Shown here piece by piece: positions 1-10,440 of a stretch of DNA of 64,000 bases. This DNA is from Macrostomum hystrix (Eukaryota > Animalia > Platyhelminthes). Location of the stretch: NCBI GenBank assembly GCA_950097015.1, contig CATNEN010000038.1, positions 23,436,001 to 23,500,000 of the forward strand, given 5' to 3'. Positions within the stretch are counted from its first letter, which is position 1; every line of letters starts with the position of its first letter. Under the pieces are notes generated by a model. It made no database searches. It was given only the letters and a program-made list of their open reading frames with translations, and was not told the DNA's origin. A program made the translations under genes and the position numbers.

Positions 1-133
1 CGGAGAGGCCCTACTGCCCAGACTGAAGGAACTGAGGGATCTGAGATTCAACAACTGCTCAAGACTGGCTGTCTGGGAGTGGGCGCCGGAATTGCGCGCT
101 CTGCTCAGAACTGGCGGCACCATCAGTGTGAAG
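1..133 (+). CDS. LRR-Ig-TM receptor, internal exon (last LRRs), 5'-truncated by window
   Basis: Frame from nt 2 reads GEALLPRLKELRDLRFNNCSRLAVWEWAPELRALLRTGGTISVK, an LRR pattern (LxxLxxLxxLxFxxC). Ends at donor AAG|GTGAGG (134), phase 0. Confidence 0.8.
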
Positions 134-177
134 GTGAGGAGATGAGCAGTCTTGGGGTGATCCGGTGAAATATAGAG

Positions 178-1222
178 AAAGGAAGGTTGGAGGAAAGGAG
201 AAGAAATGTTGGAGGAAAGGGGAAGAAAGGTTAGAGGAAAGGGGAAGATATGTTAGACGAAAGGGTAAGAAAGGTTTGAGGAAAGGGTAAGAAAGGTTAG
301 AGGAAAGGGGAAAAAAGGTTAGAGGAAAGGAGAAGAAAGGTTAGGGGAAGAAAGGTTGGAAGAAAGGGGAAGAAAGGTTCGAGGAAAGGGGAAGATATGT
401 TAGACGAAAGGGTAAGAAAGGTTTGAGGAAAGGGTAAGAAAGGTTAGAGGAAAGGGGAAGAAAGGTTAGAGGAAAGGGGAAGAAAGGTTAGGGGAAGAAA
501 GGTTGGAAGAAAGAGGAAGAAAGGTTAGAGGAAAGGGGAAGATATGTTAGACGAAAGGTAAGAAAGGTTTGAGGAAAGGGTAAGAAAGGTTAGAGGAAAG
601 GGGAAGAAAGGTTAGAGGAAAGGGGAAGAAAGGTTGGAAGAAAGGGGAAGAAAGGTTAGAGGAAAGGGGAAGATATGTTAGACGAAAGGGTAAGAAAGGT
701 TTGAGGAAAGGGTAAGAAAGGTTAGAGGAAAGGGGAAGAAAGGTTAGAGGAAAGGGGAAGAAAGGTTAGGCGAAGAAAGGTTGGAGGAAAGGGGAAGAAA
801 GGTTGGAGGAAAGGAGAAGAAAGGTTGGAGGAAAGGAGAAGAAAGGTTGGAGGAAAGGAGAAGAAAGGTTGGAGGAAAGGAGAAGAAATGTTGGAGGAAA
901 GGGGAAGAAAGGTTCGAGGAAAGGGGAAGATATGTTAGACGAAAGGGTAAGAAAGGTTTGAGGAAAGGGTAAGAAAGGTTAGAGGAAAGGGGAAGAAAGG
1001 TTAGAGGAAAGGGGAAGAAAGGTTAGGCGAAGAAAGGTTGGAGGAAAGGGGAAGAAAGGTTGGAGGAAAGGGGAAGAAAGGTTGGAGGAAAGGAGAAGAA
1101 AGGTTGGAGGAAAGGAGAAGAAAGGTTGGAGGAAAGGAGAAGAAAGGTTGAAGGAAAGGAGAAGAAAGGTTGGAGGAAAGGAGAAGAAAGGTTGGGGGAA
1201 AGGGGAAGAAATGTTGGAGGAA
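178..1222. repeat. Purine-rich minisatellite, about 22-nt unit, intronic
   Basis: Tandem GAAAGGTT(A/G)GAGGAAAGGGGAA with higher-order blocks. Confidence 0.95.
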
Positions 1223-1309
1223 AGCTACGTGAAAAAAGTAGTAAAATTTCGAATGATGACGTATAGTCAAATTAGTGGTTGAGTACAAAAGATGTCTTAC
1301 AATTGGCAG

Positions 1310-1650
1310 AACACTTCGGCCTGGAACTGCAGCTGCGAAGCGGCCTGGTTGGCTAATTTAGCATCCAACTCACTCGCCGGAGCAGTTTGTGCTCAACCAA
1401 CCGAGCTTCGAGGCCGTTCGATTATTGGATTGAACTTTACCGCGACAGACTCGGCTGTTGCTGCTGCTGCTGGTTTCACTCCGCTGGGCTGCAGTGCGCC
1501 TAGGATTGCCAACTTCTCTGACAAGGCCGGCTATGCTGTTGGAGACACGGCGCGCCTGCTGTGTCGCGTTGTGGCCAACCCACCCGCCTGCGTCACCTGG
1601 ACTACTAATAGGGGCGACAATGCTACGATGAAGCCTAAGATGCTGCACCT
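1310..1650 (+). CDS. LRR-Ig-TM receptor exon: LRR C-terminal cap plus N-half of Ig (I-set) domain
   Basis: Acceptor CAG|1310. NTSAWNCSCEAAWL...CAQPTELRGRSI is an LRRCT motif, and PRI...GDTARLLCRVVANPPACVTW gives Ig strands A-C. Donor CT|GTGAGC, phase 2. Confidence 0.88.
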
Positions 1651-1684
1651 GTGAGCTTCCGATTGGGGAGGACTTGCTGAAAAT

Positions 1685-2378
1685 GAGGGTGACAGATGTA
1701 GGGTGGGAGTGACATGTAGGGTGAGTGACAGATGTAAGGTGAGAGTGAGGGAGTGGCAGAAGTAGGGTGAGAGTGAGGGAGTGACAGAAGTAGGGTGAGA
1801 GTGAGGGAGTGACAGAAGTAGGGTGAGAGTGAGGGAGTGACAGAAGTAGGGTGAGAGTGAGGGAGTGACGGAAGTAGGGTGAGAGTGAGTGAGTGACGGA
1901 AGTAGGGTGAGAGTGAGGGAGTGACAGAAGTAGGGTGAGAGTGAGGGAGTGACGGAAGTAGGGGGAGAGTGAGTGAGTGACAGATATAGGAGGGTGAGAG
2001 TGAGGGAGTGGCAGAAGTAGGGTGAGAGTGAGTGAGTGACGGAAGTAGGGTGAGAGTGAGGGAGTGGCAGAAGTAGGGTGAGAGTGAGTGAGTGACAGAT
2101 GTAGGAGGGTGAGAGTGAGGGAGTGGCAGAAGTAGGGTGAGAGTGAGTGAGTGACAGAAGTAGGAGGGTGAGAGTGAGTGAGTGACAGAAGTAGGAGGGT
2201 GAGAGTGAGTGAGTGGCAGAAGTAGGGTGAGAGTGAGTGAGTGACAGAAGTAGGCGGGTGAGAGTGAGGGAGTGGCAGAAGTAGGGTGAGAGTGAGGGAG
2301 TGGCAGAAGTAGGGTGAGAGTGAGTGAGTGACAGAAGTAGGCGGGTGAGAGTGAGGGAGTGACAAAAAGAAGGGTGAG
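1685..2378. repeat. Minisatellite, about 28-31-nt unit, intronic
   Basis: Tandem GTGACAGAAGTAGGGTGAGAGTGAGGGA. Confidence 0.95.
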
Positions 2379-2522
2379 AATTTCTTACTGTTAAAGTGTG
2401 AGTGAGTGTGTATCTGTGTACAATATCTCGTGCTCAGGCGTTAGCGAAATTAGCCGAATTGCCTCGTATCTATTTAGTCCCATCATAACTGGTTGCTGTA
2501 TCCCGCCTACTCCGAATGTCAG

Positions 2523-2748
2523 CTACCTATCGCCTTCCGACACCTACGCAAACACGTTCCACTCGGATCACCAGTGGCACTGGGACTCGAGCTACACCGA
2601 GGAGAAGTCTAGCGAAGGCCTCGGCAGCGGCAGAATTCTTGTCCTGCGAGACGGCTCGCTCTATATCGACTACGTGACCAGATCTGATGCCGGGCTGTAC
2701 TCGTGCCACGCTGACAACGGCATCGGGCCAGGACCCGTCGCCAGGGAG
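2523..2748 (+). CDS. LRR-Ig-TM receptor exon: C-half of Ig domain
   Basis: Acceptor TCAG|2523 matches phase 2. RILVLRDGSLYIDYVTRSDAGLYSCHADNG contains the Ig DxGxYxC motif. Donor GAG|GTTGGT, phase 0. Confidence 0.88.
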
Positions 2749-3355
2749 GTTGGTTTTGAAGACCTCTGTGTGGGAGGAGATTGTGCATGAAATGTGCTCA
2801 TTGAATGTTAATGGATGACTATGTACATTGAATGTTAATGGATAAATATTTACAATAAATCTTAATGGATGAATTGATACATTATGCATACGTCGAGAAT
2901 TGTGTTGTAATTTGATAGTCCATAAACTTACGTTAGATATATTGCACATTGATAAAGATGTGCATCAAATGTACACCGAGAAGTATGTACATGGAATGTA
3001 CATCGATAAGTATGTACATTGAACGTATATTGTAAGTACGTACATTGATTCTAAATTGATGAATTAATTGATGTACCTTAAATCAAGATAGATAAAGGCG
3101 TACGTTTAATGTTCATCGACAAATATTTCTAAAACTGAATCTACATTCGGAAATTTTGGAATGAAGCGTAAATTTTAAAATGCGTACGTTCAATCTACTG
3201 TTAAAAATCCTTCAAGTATGTACATCTAATGTACAGCGATAAATGCGTATATAGAATATATATGTAAATTGAATGTACATTGAAAAGCTACATGCGTTAA
3301 TAACCACGCACCAGAATGTATATCGAATGCTCATAAGCCAATTTTTCAACTCCAG

Positions 3356-3805
3356 CTCAACTTCGCACTGAAATACGAAGTGCTGCGCGAGGTCAAGAAG
3401 TACGGCATCATCGTCGGGGCCGCCAGCGCCGCCACCCTGCTGGGCATCGGCTTCTTCATCGGCCTGATCCGACTCATTCTTCGCAAATGCTCCGAGGAGG
3501 AGAGAAAAAAGCAGAAATCAATCAAAGAGATGCTGGAACACCTGGAGTCTTATCGCGGCGCCAAGATGGAGCAGTTCAAGGAGTGCAAGGATTGGCTGAG
3601 AGCCTACGGCACCAATCAGATGGGGAATTACAATGCCAGGGTTGGCAAAGTTAAAGAGTCCTGCATTAACAACATGCTGCACATGCAGGAGACTTACAAC
3701 AGGCGCATTGTCAAGATCCGTGACCACTGCGACTGCCAGATGGAGAGGCTGCGTGAGAGCTACAACAGCCAGATGGGCCGCATCAAGGACTACAAGTCTA
3801 GCCAG
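3356..3805 (+). CDS. LRR-Ig-TM receptor exon: transmembrane helix plus cytoplasmic helical repeats
   Basis: Acceptor TCCAG|3356 is in frame. Hydrophobic YGIIVGAASAATLLGIGFFIGLI is followed by basic RLILRK. Donor CAG|GTGGGG at 3806, phase 0. Confidence 0.88.
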
Positions 3806-3904
3806 GTGGGGACAGCTGCTGGTTTTCTATGGGATTTTTTTGTTCATTTATCTGCTTTTAGCACTTTGGAATCGGGAGTTCAGGATCTCTTAAATCTGAG
3901 ATCT

Positions 3905-4335
3905 TTGTGATCAAACATATGGGATTTCTGTGATTGGGAATCTGAGACCTTTTGGGATCAAGAATGTGGGATTTCTGTGATTGGGAATCTGAGACCTTTT
4001 GGGATCAAGAATGTGGGATTTCTGTGATTGGGAATCTGAGACCTTTTGGGATCACGAATGTGGGATTTCTGGGATTGGGAATCTGAGAACTTTGGGATCA
4101 AGAATGTGGGATTTCTGTGATTGGGAATCTGAGACCTTTTGGGATCACGAATGTGGGATTTCTGGGATTGGGAATTCGGGATCTTTAGGATCGCGAATGT
4201 GGGATTTCTAGGATTGGGAATTTGGGATCACGAATGTAGGATTTCTGGGATTGGGAATCTGAGACCTTTTGTGATCGCGAATGTGGGATTTTTGTATTGG
4301 TAATCTGAGACCATTTGGGATCAACAATGTGGGAT
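3905..4335. repeat. Minisatellite, about 47-48-nt unit, intronic
   Basis: Tandem GGGATTTCTGTGATTGGGAATCTGAGACCTTTTGGGATCAAGAATGT. Confidence 0.9.
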
Positions 4336-4621
4336 CATACCTTTTGAATCATAACTCCCAGCTAACATTCCTCCGCTGATTCCTCCATTGACTCCATGAA
4401 GAAAGAAGATCTGTTGCCAATGCCAAGGCTAACTCCAAGACCTTGCTTATGACAAAACTCCAACCCTGTTTAGTTAGCTGCCATTCTGCATGTTTAGGCT
4501 CATTTCAGTTGACAATAATTATACGTTTCCCAGCTAATTAGCTTATTTTGCTAGTTCTTATGACTTTTTATTCGACACCTGCGTGCATTTATATGCTAAT
4601 TAGCACCTGTGCGTTTGGGGT

Positions 4622-4696
4622 GGGCTGCTTGGCAGAGCGGTTAACGCAGTTGCCGCTCGCACCAAGATCCCTGAGCTCGATTCCCAGGCGTGGCCG
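4622..4696 (+). mobile_element. tRNA-derived SINE head or tRNA pseudogene (intronic)
   Basis: Pol III A-box TGGCAGAGCGG (4630-4640) and B-box-like GAGCTCGATTCC (4673-4684) at tRNA spacing. Weak terminal pairing GGCTGC/GTGGCC, no clean anticodon arm. Confidence 0.55.
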
Positions 4697-4764
4697 CATT
4701 CATTGATTATCATTGAGGATTTCAAATAGAGACTGTAGACATTCTGTCTGATTTAGATTTTATA

Positions 4765-5109
4765 TCTGTCAGTTTAGCATTTTGAAACCAGTCTGTTTAG
4801 CATTTTAGAAACTGTCAGTTTGGGGATTTAAGAAACTGTCAGTTTGGGGATTTAAGAAACTGTCAGTTTGGGGATTTAAGAAACTGTCAGTTTGGGGATT
4901 TAAGAAACTGTCAGATTGGGATTTTAGAAACTGTCAGTTTGGTATTTTAGATACTGTCATGTTTTTAGATTTTAGAAGAAACAGTCATATTGGGATTTTA
5001 GAAACTGTTAGTTTGGGATTTTAGAAACTGTCATATTGGGATTTTAGAAACTGTTAGTTTGGGATTTTAGAAACTGTCATATTGGGATTTTAGAAACTGT
5101 CAGTTTAGA
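4765..5109. repeat. Minisatellite, about 24-25-nt unit, intronic
   Basis: Tandem AGAAACTGTCAGTTTGGGATTTT. Confidence 0.9.
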
Positions 5110-5154
5110 ATGCAGCAGTTTGACACCAGTCTAACACACCGCTGCGTTCCTCAG

Positions 5155-5796
5155 GTGGAGCGGGTCCGCGACCAGTACAACCAGCAGCTGTTGCGCATCA
5201 AAGAGTACGCTGCTAATCAGCTTGAGCGATTGCGCAGACAATACCAGGCTCAGCAGGCCTACCTCATGAAGGTTCTGGAGTCTGTGTCCATAGACAATTG
5301 CGTATCAGCCGAAGTCGAAGCTATGGACGAGCCCAACCTCACCGAGTTAGGCTTGAACATCTCGCCTGACCTCAGCGACTCCGAGGAGGCGGCTGACGAT
5401 GTGGCCGGAGCTGCTGGTGTTTCGACAGCTTCAACTAGCCGGAGTCGCCCATATCGTCGAAGTCATTTGAATGTCGCCGATATTGCCGCAGCCGCTGCAG
5501 CCGCCTTCGATGAAGAAGTCGAAGACGAACCTCTGGAGGACTTCATGACTGCCAGCATCGGCTCGATGTCCGCTGATCGACTAGACCGAATTGGCGACGG
5601 CTGCACCAGCGATGACGACAGTCGACACTCCGTTGACGATGATGGAAGGGCTGCCAGACGTCAGCAACTGGTTCGCGTTGAAGTCCTGACCGCGCCTGAG
5701 CCGATGCGAGCTGTCAGCGGCGTCTCGCTGCCTGAAATGGCTGATCAGACGGAGCTGGGCGTGTCAACGGACTGGGGCCGGCCGGCCGTTTCTTAG
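5155..5796 (+). CDS. LRR-Ig-TM receptor terminal exon (helical repeats plus acidic disordered tail)
   Basis: Acceptor CCTCAG|5155. VERVRDQYNQQLLRIKEYAANQLERLRRQY continues the periodic pattern of the previous exon. Stop TAG at 5794-5796. From recall (not searched), the architecture resembles the Drosophila CG16974 / nematode IGLR-2-like LRR-Ig family. Confidence 0.85.
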   Translation: MERVRDQYNQQLLRIKEYAANQLERLRRQYQAQQAYLMKVLESVSIDNCVSAEVEAMDEPNLTELGLNISPDLSDSEEAADDVAGAAGVSTASTSRSRPYRRSHLNVADIAAAAAAAFDEEVEDEPLEDFMTASIGSMSADRLDRIGDGCTSDDDSRHSVDDDGRAARRQQLVRVEVLTAPEPMRAVSGVSLPEMADQTELGVSTDWGRPAVS

Positions 5797-6983
5797 AAAC
5801 ACACATTCATATTCTAACAAACATGTACCTTAGAAACGCGTATTTTTCTTAGAAACAAAGTCTATGTTTCCTGTCTGAAAAGTTTTTGTCATTTAGTCAT
5901 ATTTTCCACTAATCAGTTCTCAACTGTATGAAAAACCTAGATTAATCCCATCGTAACAGTCTAGCCTGTGATGTGCTACTCACCTGTAATTACTACGGTA
6001 AAAGGGTATTTAATTTCCAACTGCGCACCATCCTAATAAGATGTCTAGCGATTTCAGTCCGTCTTATGTCAGTGTGCCAGTTCTTTCACTGTTGTGTTTT
6101 TCCTCCTATTAATTCAGCTGAACTTCGCCAATTTCTAACTAATAATTTTCCACTTTTTTACTTGTCATTCTAAGTCATGCTACTGAGTTTTTTTTCAAGT
6201 AGTATGTGTTGATTGCGATTTAAGTTATTTATTATCGTCAATAACAGTCGAATTGTGAGCTGTGCAATTTATAAATTTTGAGTTAAACCATGTTTGCAGT
6301 TTTTTATTGAAAATAATTTACAACAGATATTGATTTTCATTTTTAGTTTGAAAAAAAACTAATCAATGGCAATTGTGATAACTGTGACTTTGCTTGTACT
6401 GAACTATTAGTTTATCGTTTAATTGTACTTTTAGCTCGCAAGCCCTGTGCAATGACAAATCTTGATTGTCTGTCAGCATATCATCTTATACCTTAGCAGG
6501 CCTTGTCTGTTGACTTCGTTATTTTAAATTGATTCATTTTCGCTGCAAATTATCGCTTCGCTATTTTTGTGTTTTTGTCCACTTTTAATTTTACTAAATT
6601 AATAACTACAGCAATTCTCCACACAAATGCAAACACAAGCGAAAAGCTAAAATATGTTTTTAATCTGCTTCTGAAATTTATCAACTCGAATTGTCATGCT
6701 AATACTCATTCTACTCGCAGCTACTAATAGTAGGTTAGTAACGCAAGTTGTTAATATTTTTTTGTGCAAGAATGTTAGGTTCCGATCCTTACTCGTATTT
6801 AATTATGAAGATTAAAATAGTACCCATCACACTAGTCTTTGTCAGTTCAATTAGTAACCTCGTCACACTCTTTATTTCTTGTATAATTCCGTAGTCTTTA
6901 GTCTGTCAGTCTTTGTACTGTCTCCCGTGGCACAAACTGTCTACACTCGTTTGCACATATTATTGTCCTTCTAATTGGAACTG

Positions 6984-6989
6984 AATAAA
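6984..6989 (+). promoter_or_regulatory. Candidate polyadenylation signal of LRR-Ig-TM gene
   Basis: AATAAA about 1.2 kb after the stop codon, followed by T-rich sequence, just before the next minisatellite. Confidence 0.4.
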
Positions 6990-7074
6990 AATTCCCATTT
7001 GCCCGTTTATTCGCTTCGACCTTATACTGCAGCTTTATGACTTGCGTTTTTTATTTTGCATTTATTCACTACCT

Positions 7075-7507
7075 TTCCCAATGACCCCTAACTGACACCC
7101 AATCCCAATGACCCCTGACAGACACCCAATCCCAATGACCCCAAACTGACACCAAATCCCAATGACCCCTGACTGACACCCAATCCCAATGACCCCTGAC
7201 TGACACCCAATCCCAATGACCCCTGACTGACACCCAATCCCAATGACCCCAAACTGACACCCAATCCCAATGACCCTTGACTGACGCCAAATCCCAATCA
7301 CCCCTGACTGACACCAAATCCCAATGACCCCTGACTGACACCCAATCCCAATGACCCTTGACTGACACCCAATCCCAATGACCCTTGACTGACACCCAAT
7401 CCCAATGACCCGTCACCCCTGACTGACACCCAATCCCAATGACCCGTCACCCCTGACTGACACCAAATCCCAACGACCCCTGACAGACAACCAATCCTAA
7501 TGACCCC
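7075..7507. repeat. Minisatellite, 27-nt unit
   Basis: Tandem CCCAATCCCAATGACCCCTGACTGACA. Confidence 0.95.
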
Positions 7508-7787
7508 ATCAGGTGTTCGGAGTCAGAATCCATGTATAGTCAGCTAGTTCAGTCAGTGCTGATTCTGGTCGCAAATCAAAGCTGCACGCAGTCAGCAACA
7601 CACAGCCAAGTGGCTTATCAGATGTTACACCTGCTTGTTGTTCAGAATAGCTGCTGCATAGCATATCCTGTAAACGGATGCGCGTTAAACAGTAAACATT
7701 CTTAGATCTGCATTTTTTATCTTTAATATTTAATGGCACTGCTGGCTTCCGGTCACCTGTAAGCTAGCAAAATATTTAGCAGCATAG

Positions 7788-7953
7788 ATGAGATACTGCC
7801 ACACCAAACCCGCTTTGCAGGCGAAGGCTTTGAATATAGCTGAAAACTCAACCGAGCCTTTAACTAAAGACATTTCCTGTGAGCAGAACTGCTGCCGAGA
7901 TTCACAAAGGCTAAGAACTCGTTGCCACAGAGCTCATGCAGTTTCAGCTGCGG
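7788..7953 (+). CDS. Putative first exon of ankyrin-cGLR gene (coding or 5'UTR)
   Basis: ATG 7788 opens 55 codons (MRYCHTKPALQ...AHAVSAA) ending at a consensus donor CGG|GTAAGT (7954), phase 1. This joins in frame to acceptor CACAG|10431, giving ...AAAHPQMGQK. Confidence 0.5.
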
Positions 7954-8035
7954 GTAAGTAGCTTTAGTCTGATAGGCTTTGCACTTTTACAGCTTTGTAC
8001 TTTTGACTCCACAGATTGCACTGTCTCCAAAACAA

Positions 8036-10183
8036 GACCCCGCCCTCCGACTGTCCGCCCTCCGGTTGTCCGCCCTACTACTGTCCGCCCTACTACTGTC
8101 CGCCCTACTACTGTCCGCTCTACTACTGTCCGCCCTCCAGCTGTCCGCCCTACTACTGTCCGTTCTACTACTGTCCGCCCTACTACTGTCCGCCCTACTA
8201 CTGTCCGCCCTACTACTGTCCGCCCTACTACTGTCCGCCCTCCTACTGTCCGCCCTCCGGTTGTCCGCCCTACTACTGTCCGCTCTACTACTGTCCGCCC
8301 TCCGGCTGTCCGCCCTCCTACTGTCCGTTCTACTACTGTCCGCCCTACTACTGTCCGTTCTACTACTGTCCGCCCTACTACTGTCCGCCCTACTACTGTC
8401 CGCCCTACTACTGTCCGCCCTACTACTGTCCGCCCTCCTACTGTCCGCCCTCCGGTTGTCCGCCCTACTACTGTCCGCTCTACTACTGTCCGCCCTCCGG
8501 CTGTCCGCCCTCCTACTGTCCGTTCTACTACTGTCCGCCCTACTACTGTCCGTTCTACTACTGTCCGCCCTACTACTGTCCGCCCTACTACTGTCCGCCC
8601 TACTACTGTCCGCCCTACTACTGTCCACCCTACTACTGTCCGCCCTCCTACTGTCCGCCCTACTACTGTCCGCTCTACTACTGTCCGCCCTCCGGCTGTC
8701 CGCCCTCCTACTGTCCGCCCTACTACTGTCCGCCCTCCTACTGTCCGCCCTCCTACTGTCCGCCCTACTACTGTCCGCCCTCCGGCTGTCCGCCCTACTA
8801 CTGTCCGCCCTACTACTGTCCGCCCTACTACTGTCCGCCCTCCGGCTGTCCGCCCTACTACTGTCCGCCCTACTACTGTCCGCCCTACTACTGTCCGCCC
8901 TCCTACTGTCCGCCCTACTACTGTCAGCTCTACTACTGTCCGCCCTCCGGCTGTCCGCCCTCCTACTGTCCGCCCTACTACTGTCCGCCCTCCTACTGTC
9001 CGCCCTCCTACTGTCCGCCCTACTACTGTCCGCCCTCCGGCTGTCCGCCCTCCTACTGTCCGCCCTACTACTGTCCGCCCTACTGCTGTCCGCCCTACTA
9101 CTGTCCGCCCTACTACTGTCCGCCCTCCGGCTGTCCGCCCTCCTACTGTCCGCCCTACTACTGTCCGCCCTCCTACTGTCCGCCCTACTACTGTCCGCCC
9201 TCCTACTGTCCGCCCTACTACTGTCCGCCCTACTACTGTCCGCCCTACTACTGTCCGCCCTCCGGCTGTCCGCCCTACTACTGTCCGTTCTACTACTGTC
9301 CGCCCTACTACTGTCCGCCCTACTACTGTCCGCCCTACTACTGTCCGCCCTCCTGCTGTCCGCCCTCCGGTTGTCCGCCCTACTACTGTCTGCTCTACTA
9401 CTGTCCGCCCTCCGGCTGTCCGCCCTCCTACTGTCCGTTCTACTACTGTCCGCCCTACTACTGTCCGTTCTACTACTGTCCGCCCTACTACTGTCCGCCC
9501 TACTACTGTCCGCCCTACTACTGTCCGCCCTACTACTGTCCGCCCTACTACTGTCCGCCCTACTACTGTCCGCTCTACTACTATCCGCTCTACTACTGTC
9601 CGCCCTACTACTGTCCGCTCTACTACTGTCCGCTCTACTACTGTCCGCCCTCCTACTGTCCGCCCTACTACTGTCCGCCCTACTACTGTCCGCTCTACTA
9701 CTGTCCGCTCTACTACTGTCCGCCCTACTACTGTCCGCTCTACTACTGTCCGCTCTACTACTGTCCGCTCTACTACTGTCCGCTCTACTACTGTCCGCCC
9801 TCCGGCTGTCCGCCCTACTACTGTCCGCCCTCCGGCTGTCCGCCCTACTACTGTCCGCACTACTACTGTCCGCCCTACTACTGTCCGCCCTACTACTGTC
9901 CGCTCTACTACTGTCCGCCCTCCGGCTGTCCGCCCTACTACTGTCCGTTCTACTACTGTCCGCCGTACTACTGTCCGCCCTACTACTGTCCGCCCTACTA
10001 CTGTCCGCACTACTATTGTCCGCCCTACTACTGTCCGCCCTACTACTGTCCGCCCTACTACTGTCCGCCCTACTACTGTCCGCCCTCCTACTGTCCGCCC
10101 TCCGGTTGTCCGCCCTACTACTGTCCGCCCTACTACTGTCCGCCCTCCGGCTGTCCGCCCTACTACTGTCCGCCCTACTACTA
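8036..10183. repeat. Minisatellite, 15-nt unit, about 143 copies, probably intronic
   Basis: Tandem CGCCCTACTACTGTC with variants. Open in five frames, which explains the five ORFs of more than 700 aa. Confidence 0.97.
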
Positions 10184-10189
10184 GCTGTA

Positions 10190-10440
10190 GCTGATCCCAT
10201 CCACATCTGATCCCATCCACATCTGATCCCATCCACATCTGATCCCATTCACAGCTGATCCCATCCACATCTGATCCCATCCACATCTGATCCCATCCAC
10301 ATCTGATCCCATCCACATCTGATCCCAACCACATCTGATCCCATTCACAGCTGATCCCATCCACATCTGATCCCATCCACATCTGATCCCATCTACAGCT
10401 GATCCCATCCACATCTGATCCCATTCACAGCTCATCCACA
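10190..10440. repeat. Minisatellite, 16-nt unit, overlapping splice acceptor
   Basis: Tandem CTGATCCCATCCACAT and variant CTGATCCCATTCACAG. Confidence 0.95.

Noticed and set aside
4622-4696. Functional tRNA gene
   Set aside because: The B-box is degenerate and no convincing cloverleaf or anticodon arm forms. Treated as a SINE or tRNA relic. tRNAscan-SE would decide.
7936-10194. 752-aa mucin-like ORF (signal-peptide-like start, VRPTT repeats) and the overlapping CPPYY, SALLL, GRTVV and RADSS ORFs
   Set aside because: A 15-nt minisatellite is open in five frames. A consensus donor GTAAGT at 7954 and an in-phase acceptor at 10430 place it in an intron. Not fully excluded without RNA data.
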